Of a stretch of DNA of 40,673 nt, positions 1 to 11,639 are shown piece by piece. The stretch comes from Octopus sinensis (Eukaryota), in the NCBI RefSeq assembly GCF_006345805.1, contig NW_021835348.1, forward strand, positions 1 through 40,673, written 5' to 3'. The notes under the pieces were generated by a model. The model was not told the origin of the DNA. It ran no database searches and saw only the letters and a program-made list of their open reading frames with translations. The translations under genes and the position numbers were made by a program. Position 1 is the first letter of the stretch. Each line of letters starts with the position of its first letter.

Positions 1-186
1 ATATTTTGTATATGGTGGGTATATATATGTAAACATATATGTGTGTATGTATGTATGTATCCATGAATGCATGAAAACAAGCAACGACAAATACATACCT
101 TGTTTTAAACATATGCTTTGAAATATATAAAATTTATATATTTGCCATTTTTTAATTGAATTATTAGTATGAATTCCTTCGTCCAT

Positions 187-227
<41 letters not shown>

Positions 228-411
228 ATGAAGAATGGAGTTGAACTCCATTCTTTCATTTATTTGTATTAAAAAAAACCGCAAATTTCCACACGAAAGC
301 ACGTGATCTCTGCCCTTTGCATGTAGCTTCAAGCGTGTTTTGCTGACGTGAATTTGCTACCCAGGTATCGGTTAACCGAATTATCCATACTAAGATAATT
401 CATTCAACTAT

Positions 412-466
<55 letters not shown>

Positions 467-519
467 ATATACATTTACAAGACAGCTGAAGTAACTACAT
501 GCTCTAATTTAATAGAATG

Positions 520-730
520 GTGTCAATTTTGGCACAAGGCCAACCCGTTCTTAGAAGTGGGGGAAGTAGATTACATTGATCCCTGTGCTCAGCTATCACT
601 TATTATATTGACCCGAAAAGGCTAAAAGGCAAAGTCGACTGCGGCGTAATTTGAACTCGGAATGTAAAGACGGACGAAATGCCGCTAAGCTTATTTTGCC
701 GGCGCGAAAACGATTTCTGCCAGCTCGCTG
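520..730 (-). mobile_element. Degenerate tRNA-derived SINE, older A' subfamily
   Basis: Reverse complement gives the head cagcgagctggcagaaatcgttttcgcgccgg, a B-box-like gagttcaaattacgcc and the core gtcgactttgccttttagccttttcgggtcaat, all matching other copies in the window. Confidence 0.65.
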
Positions 731-890
731 ACTTTCCTTTGTTTAACATACCGTAAACATAGATTCTTCGATTTATTACCGGATCGATACTTCATGAATC
801 ATTCAAACTGTAACCCTTTTTTTTTTTTTTCATAAGGTGGAAATATACACTAGAAAAGAAATTAATAAAGTCTCAATTAATAAAGTTACT

Positions 891-930
891 TAGTATAACC
901 ATATTTAGTATAACCATATTTAGTATAACC
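891..930. repeat. Short tandem repeat, 15-bp unit tagtataaccatatt x2.7
   Basis: Exact copies at 891-905 and 906-920, partial copy at 921-930. Confidence 0.85.
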
Positions 931-1024
931 TTACACTAATTATTTACTGTAAATGTAAAGCTCTCTCACCGCTGTTGTACCTGAATCGAAACAAACGACT
1001 GATCGACTATATTACACGAGTATG

Positions 1025-1430
1025 CTCTTTTACTCTTTTACTTGTTTCAGTCATTTGACTGCGGCCATGCTGGAGCACCGCCTTTAGCCGAGCAAATCGA
1101 CCCCGGGCCTTATTTTTTTGTAAGCCCAGTACTTATTCTATCGGTCTCTTTTGCCGAACCGCTAAGTGACGGGGACGTAAACACACCAGCATCGGTTGTC
1201 AAGCAATGCTAGGCGGACAAACACACACACACACACACACATACATATATATATATGTACATATATACGACAGGCTTCTTTCAGTTTCCGTCTACCAAAT
1301 CCACTCACAAGGCATTGGTCGGCCCGGGGCTATAGCAGAAGACACTTGCCCACGATGCCACGCAGTGGGACTGAACCCGGAAACATGTGGTTGGTTAGCG
1401 AGCTACTTACCACACAGCACTCCTGCGCCT
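1025..1430 (-). mobile_element. tRNA-derived SINE family B, full length
   Basis: Reverse complement nearly identical to 9233-9642 and 23785-24198. tRNA-like head (aggcgcaggagtg, A-box-like ctgtgtgg, B-box-like gggttcagtccc), internal TA/TG microsatellite and tail gactgaaacaagtaaaagagtaaaagag. Confidence 0.92.
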
Positions 1431-1451
1431 ATATATATATGTAATTATATA

Positions 1452-1668
1452 GGCGAGCTGGCAGAGACGTTAGCACGCCGGGCGAAATGCGTAGCCGTAT
1501 TTCGTCTGCCGCTACGTTGTGAGTTCAAATTCCGCCGAGGTCGACTTTACATTTCATCCTTTCGGGGTCGATTAAATAAGTACCAGTTACGCACTGGGGT
1601 CGATATAATCGACTTAATCCGTTTGTTTGTCCTCTCTGTGTTTAGCCCCTTGTGGGTAGTAAAGAAAT
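1452..1668 (+). mobile_element. tRNA-derived SINE family A, monomer
   Basis: Head ggcgagctggcagagacgttagcacgccgggcgaaatg, B-box gagttcaaattcc, core gtcgactttacatttcatcctttcggggtcga, tail gtagtaaagaaat then (TA)n. Near-identical to 10507-10736 and 32922-33152. Confidence 0.92.
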
Positions 1669-2054
1669 ATATATATATATGTAATTAGTATATATATAAT
1701 TAGACACAAATATTTTTTCAGTATTAATCTTACTGTAATTAACAAATTATCCAGATTCAACGTGTTGCTTAAGTCATTTTGACATACACATACACACACA
1801 CAGGCACACCACAAACAAATACACACACACGCATGCGCGCACGCGCACGTATTAACTTCATTTAGTTCGATTGGCCTAGATACTCTGAGCTCGTTTTGTG
1901 AATAGCATATATCTTCATATTTCCGCGTGCATTCATACGGATTACTTAACCTTTAGCTGTGATTGTAATCGGACACTGTACATCTAATGCAGCATTGTTT
2001 CCAATGCACTTATCCATTATATGAATTCTCCCATCCCACCTCTCAAACATTACA

Positions 2055-2278
2055 TATACATGTGTGTGTGTGTGTTTGTGTGTATGTGTGTGTGTGTGCG
2101 TGTCTATATACACACACACGCACAAACACACACACACACACATGCACACACGCATATATATATATATATTTACGTACATGTACTTCTTTAGTGCTATATA
2201 TATGTGTAAATATGAACGCACCTACAAACAGATGCACAACCACATATATATATATATATATATATACGTGTGTGTGTG

Positions 2279-2310
<32 letters not shown>

Positions 2311-2344
2311 TAGAAAAAAGATATTTCCATTCTGATATACATAA

Positions 2345-2380
<36 letters not shown>

Positions 2381-2424
2381 TATATATACATGTATACATA
2401 TATATATATATATCATGTATACAT

Positions 2425-2511
<87 letters not shown>

Positions 2512-2569
2512 AATATATATATATAATATATATATATATAATATTATATATATATATATATATAATAAT

Positions 2570-2615
<46 letters not shown>

Positions 2616-2863
2616 ATATATATATATAAATATAATTATATATTATATATATAATTATATATATAATATTATATATATTATATATATATATATATATATA
2701 TTATAATATATATATATACATGTATACAGACACAAACGTATATACACGATTACAGGTACACAAACATGCATGTTTATATGTGGGTATATATATGTCTGCA
2801 CGACCCATAAAGTAGGTATAATAGTGAAATACATGTGTCTACCATCCATTTACTTCCTATCTC

Positions 2864-2926
<63 letters not shown>

Positions 2927-2947
2927 GTCTATCTGTCTGTCTGTCTC

Positions 2948-2978
<31 letters not shown>

Positions 2979-3318
2979 GTCTATCTATCTATATTTTATT
3001 TCACTTTCTCTTTACATCTATGAGTCTGTTTCCTTACATATGTAATATATACTAGAAATTTCATATCATACATAGAACTACACAGAAATGCACATGTATG
3101 TCTGTTTTTTCTGTCTGCTTGTGTGCGTGTGCACACACACAGACACACACACATACACACACACACACAAGTACATACATAAATATTTTTAAATATATAA
3201 GTGTATCCATAAAAACACACATGCGTACAGACACGCGCGCATACACACACACACCACACACACATATAGGTATATATATATATGCGTGAGTGTATACACA
3301 TATGTACTTATATATATA

Positions 3319-3390
<72 letters not shown>
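2055..3390. repeat. Compound microsatellite region: (TG)n/(CA)n, (GA)n/(GACA)n, (CATA)n, long (TA)n at about 2380-2720, (TATC)n at about 2862-2990, (TA)n at about 3305-3390
   Basis: Directly visible simple repeats. Confidence 0.95.
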
Positions 3391-3391
<1 letters not shown>

Positions 3392-3447
3392 GAAAAACTT
3401 ACTGTTAGCAAAAGACAGGATGCGTGGTTGTGCAGTTACTCAATAAC

Positions 3448-3660
3448 TGAAATATGCATTAAATAAACAACGGCAGCTAAAAAAAGGCACACTTAGGACA
3501 GACAAAGAAGGCCTCAATTCTTCATCACCCTCTCCACCGAATTTTAATACTAAGTTTCATACCTAACAATCGGTTGATAAGTGATGGAGAATTAAGGCCT
3601 TCTTTGTCTGTCCTACTTGTACATTTGTTAGCTATCGCTGTTCATTTAATGCATTTTTCA
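3448..3660. repeat. Fold-back (inverted-repeat) element, about 80-bp arms and 52-bp spacer; MITE-like
   Basis: 3448-3528 is the imperfect reverse complement of 3581-3660, with a perfect core taggacagacaaagaaggcct / aggccttctttgtctgtccta. Confidence 0.85.
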
Positions 3661-4365
3661 TTTATGTATTTATATACATAGATATATAAATATATATTAT
3701 TTGTACATGATAAAAACTCAAGTGTGTTTGAAATTGTCTGTCTGTTTTGTGACTTGATATGACATTACAATCGATAGCTGCTGATTCAGGAGAGGCTTTT
3801 GTTCATCGCTAAACCTGCCAAATATGGGTGATCCCCCGTTCTTTGTGTCAATACTTTTTGGTGTCATAGTCAAATCATTTCCTCAAGAATAAAACGCTTT
3901 TGATATGCGCTGCAGTTTGAGATCGTCTGGTGCAAGCATTCGTTCCACACATACACACACACACACATACACACACACGTATATGCACCGGAAACATATG
4001 CTTAAAATAAGTACACGGACACAGGTGTCTGCATAAACCATCATACACACACACACACACACATGTAGATATACGCGTAAATATATGGATGTGTGAATAT
4101 GTTTTCGCTCTTTCAGCTCTTTCTTTCTCCCCCTTTCTTTTTTCTCCACCTCTATCTCTGTATACACACTCATAATTGCTTGCATTAGTGTGTACCTATA
4201 CATGCATGATTTGTGCACTTGTGTTGACGATACAATTGTCAACAAACTTGCTGAAAAATCATTTATATTCAAATTTAGTTTTACATTTCGTAACGTAAAA
4301 TAACATTTACCAGTAAAATTATCCTAGGACATTCAATATCAAATTGCCTTTACACAAGCAACGTT

Positions 4366-4379
4366 GTTATCATAGCAAC
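4366..4379. promoter_or_regulatory. RFX X-box-like motif GTTATCATAGCAAC
   Basis: Fits the GTHNYY-AT-RRNAAC X-box consensus. A chance match in 40 kb of AT-rich DNA is quite possible. Confidence 0.2.
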
Positions 4380-4952
4380 GCTGTAAAACATATGTATTTT
4401 TTTTTCCAACTGAACAAATATGTAAATTTTTTGGCTCAGATATTTAGCAAAAAGAAGCAATTATAAAACATAGTGAAACTGATAGAGAGAAGAAAAAAAA
4501 CTCACTGCGTTTAATGTGCAGAAAACCGTGTTGACATCTTAAGACTGTTAATGAATTGTTTCACACAAAGGCCAGAGTAAAGTAACAATATCCAATATAA
4601 TGGCTTACAGCTGATACTGTAAAATATACCTCTCTCCCTCTCCTCCACTCACAGCCGTGTATCGGCCTGATCCTTGCTCCAGGGAAAGATTAGTTGGTGC
4701 AGATTTTGTTTCACTTGTATTTTATCTATCTATTATATAAATATACTTTTATTTTATTTCTCCATGATTCCTTACACGAGATAGTGTGTCATTTTACAGC
4801 AACATTCAATTATTCGATGCACTGTGAACGTTTAGCTTTTAATTCTACATCTACCAGTTTAAAAAGTGAGAAAATACGCCGATATACGACCTTGATTAGG
4901 ATTCACTAATGTAAGCCAATCAATACAATTTCTTTCTTTTTTTTTTTTGCAG

Positions 4953-4970
4953 GTAAAGTTGAAAAGCAAG
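4953..4970 (+). other. Candidate 18-nt microexon or recursive-splice (AG|GT) site
   Basis: Branch-like ctaat at 4906-4910, a pyrimidine run of about 20 nt, tgcag acceptor, then GTAAAGTTGAAAAGCAAG and the donor AAG|gtaaat. Open in phase 0 (VKLKSK) and phase 1 (xKVEKQ). Confidence 0.35.
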
Positions 4971-5977
4971 GTAAATGTTTATAAAGTGTACTTCATCAAA
5001 ATGATGTATGTATGTGTGTATGTATGCGTGTATATATGTATGTATGTATCTCTCTCTCTTTCTCTCTCTCTATATATATACATACATATATATATATATA
5101 CACACCTGTTATTGAATTACTACTGTGATCGTATATTAACACAGTGTGTTCTATTGACCAGTATATGATATTCCATCACTATTGTGTTTGTTTAGATGCA
5201 CTTAGTGATGAGTGATTAATTGCTCTGCAGGCGAATTATATATATATATATATATATACGTATATGTATTTATGTATGTGTGTGTGGATTTGTGTGTGTG
5301 TGTGTGCGTGAGTGTCTATGTGTATGTGTGTCTGTGTGTTTGTGTATTTGTAAGTATATACACGTAGTCGTACGTCGACAAGCGAGTAATGATTTCTACG
5401 TAACGTTGTTTTAAAATAAATATGTATACATACACCACCAGTACGGATTAATCTATCAGTTTGTAGTTGATACAAGTGATCGTGAATCGAAGGAAATGAC
5501 AGATCATTCACATGAAAGCTGTACTATGTCCATCACAGTTGACTTCCCCTTTTGTTCCCTCGCTGAGTTTTAGTTGAATACATAGACAGAGAAATACTTG
5601 AAATGAAAGCTTTTTGTCCGGGCTAGCGAAATAATCAACACAGAAAAGCGTAATAGCATACTTTCGAGGTTTCTATTGAACACACCTTTGCATCACCAGA
5701 TATATGTCGATGTCTTAAGAAGTCCTTTGAATTCATTTAACAGCGTCAATATCATAATAGATATTTTTAAATACTGAGAAGTTTTATCTTTCACTTTCCC
5801 TCTCTTTCTCTTATATTTCTGAACCTTTTTCTTTTTGTTTCTCTATCTCTCTCTATATATATATAATATAGAGAGCTATACTTTCAGTAAATGCTAACGA
5901 GATGCGTGCTTATAATCTGGAAGCTAATATACAGCTTTATATAGCAACAGGGAAAAACTGGAAATGAAAGTGATACA

Positions 5978-6081
5978 TCAACTTGCATAGAGTTTTGTTG
6001 TTAGAGTCTCATGATGGAAGTAAGAGAGCGGGATATAGTTGTAAACGGCAAACATAACAGACTGGGGGATTGTACATGTTA
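5978..6081 (-). CDS. Candidate terminal coding exon, unknown product
   Basis: Very strong minus-strand acceptor (ttttttcttttcttttaatcttctttttgcag). In phase 1 it reads xTCTIPQSVMFAVYNYIPLSYFHHETLTTKLYAS*, compatible with the phase-1 donor at 6403. No homology recognised. Confidence 0.2.
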
Positions 6082-6402
6082 CTGCAAAAAGAAGATTAAA
6101 AGAAAAGAAAAAACAACTGAAATTACTATAGGTGAGAGTATGGGACTTAGGGAGAGTTTATGGGTTATGGGAGAAGGAAAATTAATGAAAATGTATGGAA
6201 GAGGAACTGTTGACAGCGGTAGTTAAAAAGTAGATGATGAAAAATATGAATAAAATGAATTAGTTTATAATAATGGACTTTATATCCGGAAAGGCAAGCT
6301 GATTGACTTTTATTTGTTTCCATACCAAGGAAAGCACTTATAACACCAAACAATTATAAAGTCAACAATTATAAGTAAAAAAAAAAAAAGCGAAATCAAT
6401 AC

Positions 6403-6509
6403 CTGTACCACAGGAATAACATACAACAGCAATAAGAGTTGCAGTAGTAGGTATTAAACAAAAATATCTAACATAATTAAAACTACGTAAACTGGAAATT
6501 CCTGTTTGC
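6403..6509 (-). CDS. Candidate coding exon with a hydrophobic segment, unknown product; 5' boundary uncertain
   Basis: Open frame QTGISSLRSFNYVRYFCLIPTTATLIAVVCYSCGT ending at donor CAG|gtattg. Several possible acceptors (exon start 6491, 6501 or 6509). Confidence 0.22.
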
Positions 6510-6886
6510 CTGATATGGAGGGAATCAGTAGCCAGATTCTTGTCAAGCCAACGTGAAACGGGCATAAAAATCGACAGAGCAAAAGGAAAAAAAAAAATCA
6601 CTTTATTCGATAATCAGATATGCTATAAGACTAATAGAAATGTGTTAACAATCTTAGCAATCATAGGAAATAGAAGCAAACAAGTAGATGTTATGCGTAA
6701 AATTCAACCAAACAATATTATTTCAGATGGCGATAAACCACTGGAAAAAAATCTCTTGTCTTATAAGTTTGCTGTATCTCAATGTATGCATTGCAGGGTG
6801 TTATTGGGAAAAACAATATTTGCATTAAGTTGAAGAGAGACTGTGAATGTAAAAAGCAATTGAATAGAACATTTCATATAAATCCA

Positions 6887-7203
<317 letters not shown>

Positions 7204-7759
7204 TGGAAAATTCCTATGTTGCCTATTTAATTGATAAAAATAGTAAAGAAAAAACAGCAAGGCCGCACACGATGCGTGCTGGGTTTTTTTGTTTGTTGTT
7301 TTTGGTTTGTATTTATTGTTTAAAACAACTATTTTTAGAAAAATCACGTCAATCCTGATAGATATTTAACCAATCTCTCTATGCTATACTCGCACAGATG
7401 AAAGCTGCTATGTTCCCTCCTTGCTTTCTGGCATCTGTATGTATACTTGACTTTTCGTCTTTCACTCCACTCTCAAAATGTCTTTAAGAAGAGGCAGGAA
7501 AATAAAATCAAGACCAGAGCAGCAGCGGGACAACGAGTTGACAGAGAAAACCACTTGTACGCCGCACCAGTTGGGATAATTGGAATTTATTTCAGTTCTC
7601 ATTTCTGCTGTGTTGTGCATAGAATACTTGAATATATACTGTTGAACACAAAGACAAATCACTCACACATAAAATAAATTGATAAGGTATGCATACATAC
7701 ATAATACATGCATGCATACATACATACATACATACACACACACATCTACATGTCAAAGG

Positions 7760-7885
7760 AATCCACTCACAAGCCTTTAGTCGACCCGAGACTATAATAG
7801 AAGACAAGGTTCCTCGCCGTGGGACTGAACCCAAAATAATGTTGTCCGAAAGAAAACAACTTACCACACAACCACACCTGCACCT
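7760..7885 (-). mobile_element. Degenerate 5' fragment of SINE family B
   Basis: atccactcacaagcc...actataatagaagaca...gggactgaaccc...ttaccacaca aligns to the head region of the B copy at 1025-1430. Confidence 0.7.
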
Positions 7886-8260
7886 AGGTTCATTAACATG
7901 TACAGAGTGGTTACTGAGATTTTGGGTATCATCCGCATAGCATTATTACCGTGAACGTCTGAGACTAGGAAATAGAAGTGTTTCTATATAAAATAGAATA
8001 TGTTTTATTGACCAGGCACACACTACACCTGAGTATGCCTGTACCTCTCAATTTATCTGCCAAACGGACCGCATTTTCTCTTATGCATAAACAATAATAA
8101 TATTTTGTGAAATGAATCCTCAGTTTTAGAAACGATCTCCTCCTTTCTTCGATGGTCGCCTGCATCTGCCAATAGATTTTTGGTTCACTATTTGTATGAT
8201 AAATTTCAATTTATTAAAAATTTTATGACGCGTGTCATTCAACGCATTACCATCCCATAT

Positions 8261-8308
<48 letters not shown>

Positions 8309-8727
8309 ACACTCACACACATACGTACACACACTTTTGCTTACACATTCACAAGTAGAGGCTCGTTCAGCCACTTCTAAATAGGACGCTATATATGAAA
8401 CTTGAAGTCTCAGTCCAAAATTTATCCAAAAACGTTTGAATCTGCTAGAACTTTCGAGTCATTTCATTGGTAATGTCTGTTGTTTTTTTCTTCTTTTTTT
8501 TCGTATAAATTTATGATTTTAAAGACACTATCTTCATACATACATAGAAACACACGACGATATGCATAGGCATACAGAGACATCTACACACATACATGCA
8601 CAGGCACAAGGACACACAATTATAGTCAGAGAAGGAATTTGTACAATATTGTTTATATCTCTGCCAACTAACTCTAGGCGCAGTATGACCATGTGATTAA
8701 AAAGTTCGCTTAGCAACAATAGATCTG

Positions 8728-8990
8728 TCACTGGAAGCTAGAATTACCAAGTATAGATTGGCATATTTAGGTCATAGTATGCGGAGAAAATCCCTAGAGA
8801 AGGACATCAAGCTCGGAATGGTCAGTGGCAAGAGAGGAAGAGGCCGACCAAGAATCCGCCGGCTTGACACCATTAAGAGTTACACGGGAATGGCCATAGC
8901 CAATCTGAAAGAAGCGACACAAGATAGAACTGGCTGGAGAACACTGATCCGTCGAGTAACCGAGAGTCGACTTCGACTGAGCGGATAGAG
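8728..8990 (+). mobile_element. 5'-truncated RTE/BovB-type LINE, C-terminal end of ORF
   Basis: Open frame SLEARITKYRLAYLGHSMRRKSLEKDIKLGMVSGKRGRGRPRIRRLDTIKSYTGMAIANLKEATQDRTGWRTLIRRVTESRLRLSG* matches the RTE-clade C-terminal signature (Y.GH..RR...EK....G...G.R.RGRP...W.D...DR..WR). Followed by a short simple-repeat tail. Confidence 0.9.
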
Positions 8991-9232
8991 AGATAGATTA
9001 GATTCCATTGCGTAAATGTTTGAAATATTTTGTAGTGTGAACTAGAAGAACGAAAACTGGATAAGCGGAAAATGCATCGAAGCCCAGCGCATCCCGTTCT
9101 ATTTGTAAGTCATAAGGTACAACCCCGTCACTCATTGTATTACGCGAATCTGCAAGAAAATTATGTTTCAGGATACGCATGCTCAGCTACTTAGACATCA
9201 ATTCATGGGCAGATAATGCAGCTAATTGAACA

Positions 9233-9642
9233 AGTAGTGGCTGTGTGGTAAGTAGCTTGTTTACCAGCCACATGGTTCCGGGTTCAGTCCCACTGCGTGG
9301 CACCTTGGGCAAGTGTCTTCTTCTATAGCCTCGGGCCGACCAAAGCCTTTTGAGTGGATTTGGTAGACGGAAACTGAAAGAAGCCCGTCGTATATATGTA
9401 TATATATGTATATATGCGTGTGTGTGTTTGTGTGTCTGTGTTTGTGTTTGCCCCCAGCATTGCTTGACAACCGATGCTGGTGTGTTTATGTCCCCGTCAC
9501 TTAGCGGTTCGGCAAAAGAGACCGATAGAATAAGTACTGGGCTTACAAAAGAATAAGTCCCGGGGTCGAGGTGCTCGATTAAAGGCGGTGCCCCAGCATG
9601 GCCGCAGTCAAATGACTGAAACAAGTAAAAGAGTAAAAGAGA
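9233..9642 (+). mobile_element. tRNA-derived SINE family B
   Basis: Near-identical to 23785-24198 and to the reverse complement of 1025-1430; ends gtaaaagagtaaaagag. Confidence 0.92.
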
Positions 9643-10506
9643 GTAAGTAAATTCACATTAGCGACGGAGATCCACCAGTACACTCAACCGACATTTCGAT
9701 ATTTTGCTAATATTACTAGAGCTAAGCCGTCACAAATATTCTCCTTGTTCAAAATGTGAACGTAACCATTCTGGTAATGTGACAACTTGAAATAACAAGT
9801 AAATAACAATTATGCTAAATCTCCGTTTCGTTTTGACATCCCCATATTTACAAACGTAGATTTGTATTTAAATAAATGCGAAATATAAATATACCTGAAG
9901 AAATGTGATGTGGCTGGTGTATAAACAAAGCAATAAAGTCACAGATATTATGTTTATTTATTTCGGTCTATATTTACCGAAGTGTTGCAAATTATAGTAA
10001 ATTCAATTTCTTTAAACTATCGTTCGGTGAGGTGAAATGTCTCTCACTAGCACAGGTGAAAATCTGTCCAAATATACTGAAAAATCTATGGCAGCAAATT
10101 GAAAAATTTCGACTCTAATATTAAAAGTAGCTTGGAATAGACAAAACAAGCTATTAATTCATATCTACAACTTTAAAAAGAATCTAGCGATTATAAATAT
10201 TTTAGAATACCAAAGCAGATAGCTGGAAGCACCATTTTGATACGGTTAAGCTTTTAACTTCCACCGCTAAGATTTACTTATAATATTAATCTGTCTTTAA
10301 TGACGATAAATGCAAGTGATATCTTGAGATCAAGAGGATTAATTGCAACTATTGTATCTATTCTCGCAGAATATTATACTTTAGATATATACTTCTAATG
10401 ATGCGGTGTTATCAGTTGTATTACACCCCACGAAACTATGGAGAAAAACAATTGTCCATAACTTTGTTGGGCATACGTTGTTAACTATATCAGTCTAATT
10501 GATTGA

Positions 10507-10736
10507 AGGCGGCGAGCTGGCAGAAACGTTAGCACGCCGGGCGAAATGCGTAGTCGGATTTCGTCTGCCGTTACATTCTGAGTTCAAATCCCGCGGAGGT
10601 CGACTTTGCCTTTCATCCTTTCGGGGTCGATAAATTAAGTACCAGTTACGCACTGGGGTCGAGGTAATCGACTTAATCCGTTTCTGTCCTTGTTTGTCCC
10701 CTCTGTGTTTAGCCCCTTGTAGGTAGTAAAGAAATA
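10507..10736 (+). mobile_element. SINE family A, monomer
   Basis: Same head, B-box, core and gtagtaaagaaat tail as 1452-1668 and 32922-33152. Confidence 0.92.
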
Positions 10737-11145
10737 TATATCAGTGCAATTGATTGAAATACGTATGTATGCATGTATGTATGTAAGTTCTGAATATGGT
10801 TTCAAACTGCAGCCCGTTGTAGGGCTCTATTCAGTGAACTCCAGGATTTTGAGGAGTGTGCTACCATCTCCTAGCCACCACTGTTTGCAGGTATATTCTG
10901 ACCCGGAGCACTAGCGTCTGTTAGGGTCACAGTTATGGATTGACTAGCATATGTGATGACAATTCCTTTGAGTGTGGAAACGCAGAAATAATCTTTGGTG
11001 GTGTCAAGGTGCGCAGTAAAATTAACGGGAGTGAAGGACCCCTAACTAGTATCAGAGTATCCAGAAAAGGGGCACTAATGCAAAAACCTGAGGTTTTCCA
11101 TAATTACAAATCATTTTGCTTCGGCCTGTCACTAGATGCTGTTGT

Positions 11146-11511
11146 TGGAAGCACTCCGTCGGTTACGACGACGAGGGTTCCGGTTGATCCAATTAACGGA
11201 ACAGCCTGATCGTGAAATTAACGTGTAAGTGGCTGAGCACTCCACAGACACGTGTACCCTTAACGCAGTTCTCGAGGATATTCAGCGTGTCACAGAGAAT
11301 GACAAGGCCGGCCCTTTGAAATACAGGTACAACAGAAACAGGAAGTAAGAGTGAGAGAAAGTTGTGGTGAAAGAGTACAGCAGGGATCACCACCATCCGT
11401 GCCGGAGCCTCGTTGAGCTTTTAGATGTTTTTGCTCAATAAACACTCACAACGCCCGGTCTGGGAATCGAAACCGCGAGTCCACTGCCCTAATCAATGGG
11501 CCATTGCACCT

Positions 11512-11513
<2 letters not shown>
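11146..11513 (-). mobile_element. tRNA-derived SINE family C, full length
   Basis: Aligns along its length to 40008-40390. Reverse-complement head ggaggtgcaatggccc...ttagggcag...ggtttcgattcccagac carries A- and B-box-like motifs. Confidence 0.9.
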
Positions 11514-11559
<46 letters not shown>

Positions 11560-11639
11560 TATTATATATATATATATATATATATCATTTAATCATCTAC
11601 ACATAATTCGTACTCAAAAATGGAGCGAAATATTTCGTA

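Noticed and set aside
1196-1688. ORFs recurring as near-identical peptides (MSSNA..., CGHAGAPP..., GELAETLARRAKC..., MRNWYL..., MVVIPAVLFHH...)
   Set aside because: They are open frames inside SINE copies of families A, B and C, not genes.
1614-3301. Many ORFs rich in YI/CV/TH/YLSI repeats, also at 6779-7347, 19813-20369, 21524-21967, 29206-29511 and 39391-39881
   Set aside because: They are translations of (TA)n, (TG)n, (CA)n, (TATC)n and (TATG)n microsatellites, which lack stop codons.
3403-3446. Minus-strand segment bounded by tttcag and gtaagt
   Set aside because: All three frames contain stops, and the acceptor lies at the edge of a fold-back repeat.
7447-7686. GC-richer block with ORFs on both strands and a donor AAG|gtatgc
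   Set aside because: No frame stays open between plausible splice sites and no homology is recognised. It could be non-coding exon sequence but is unsupported.
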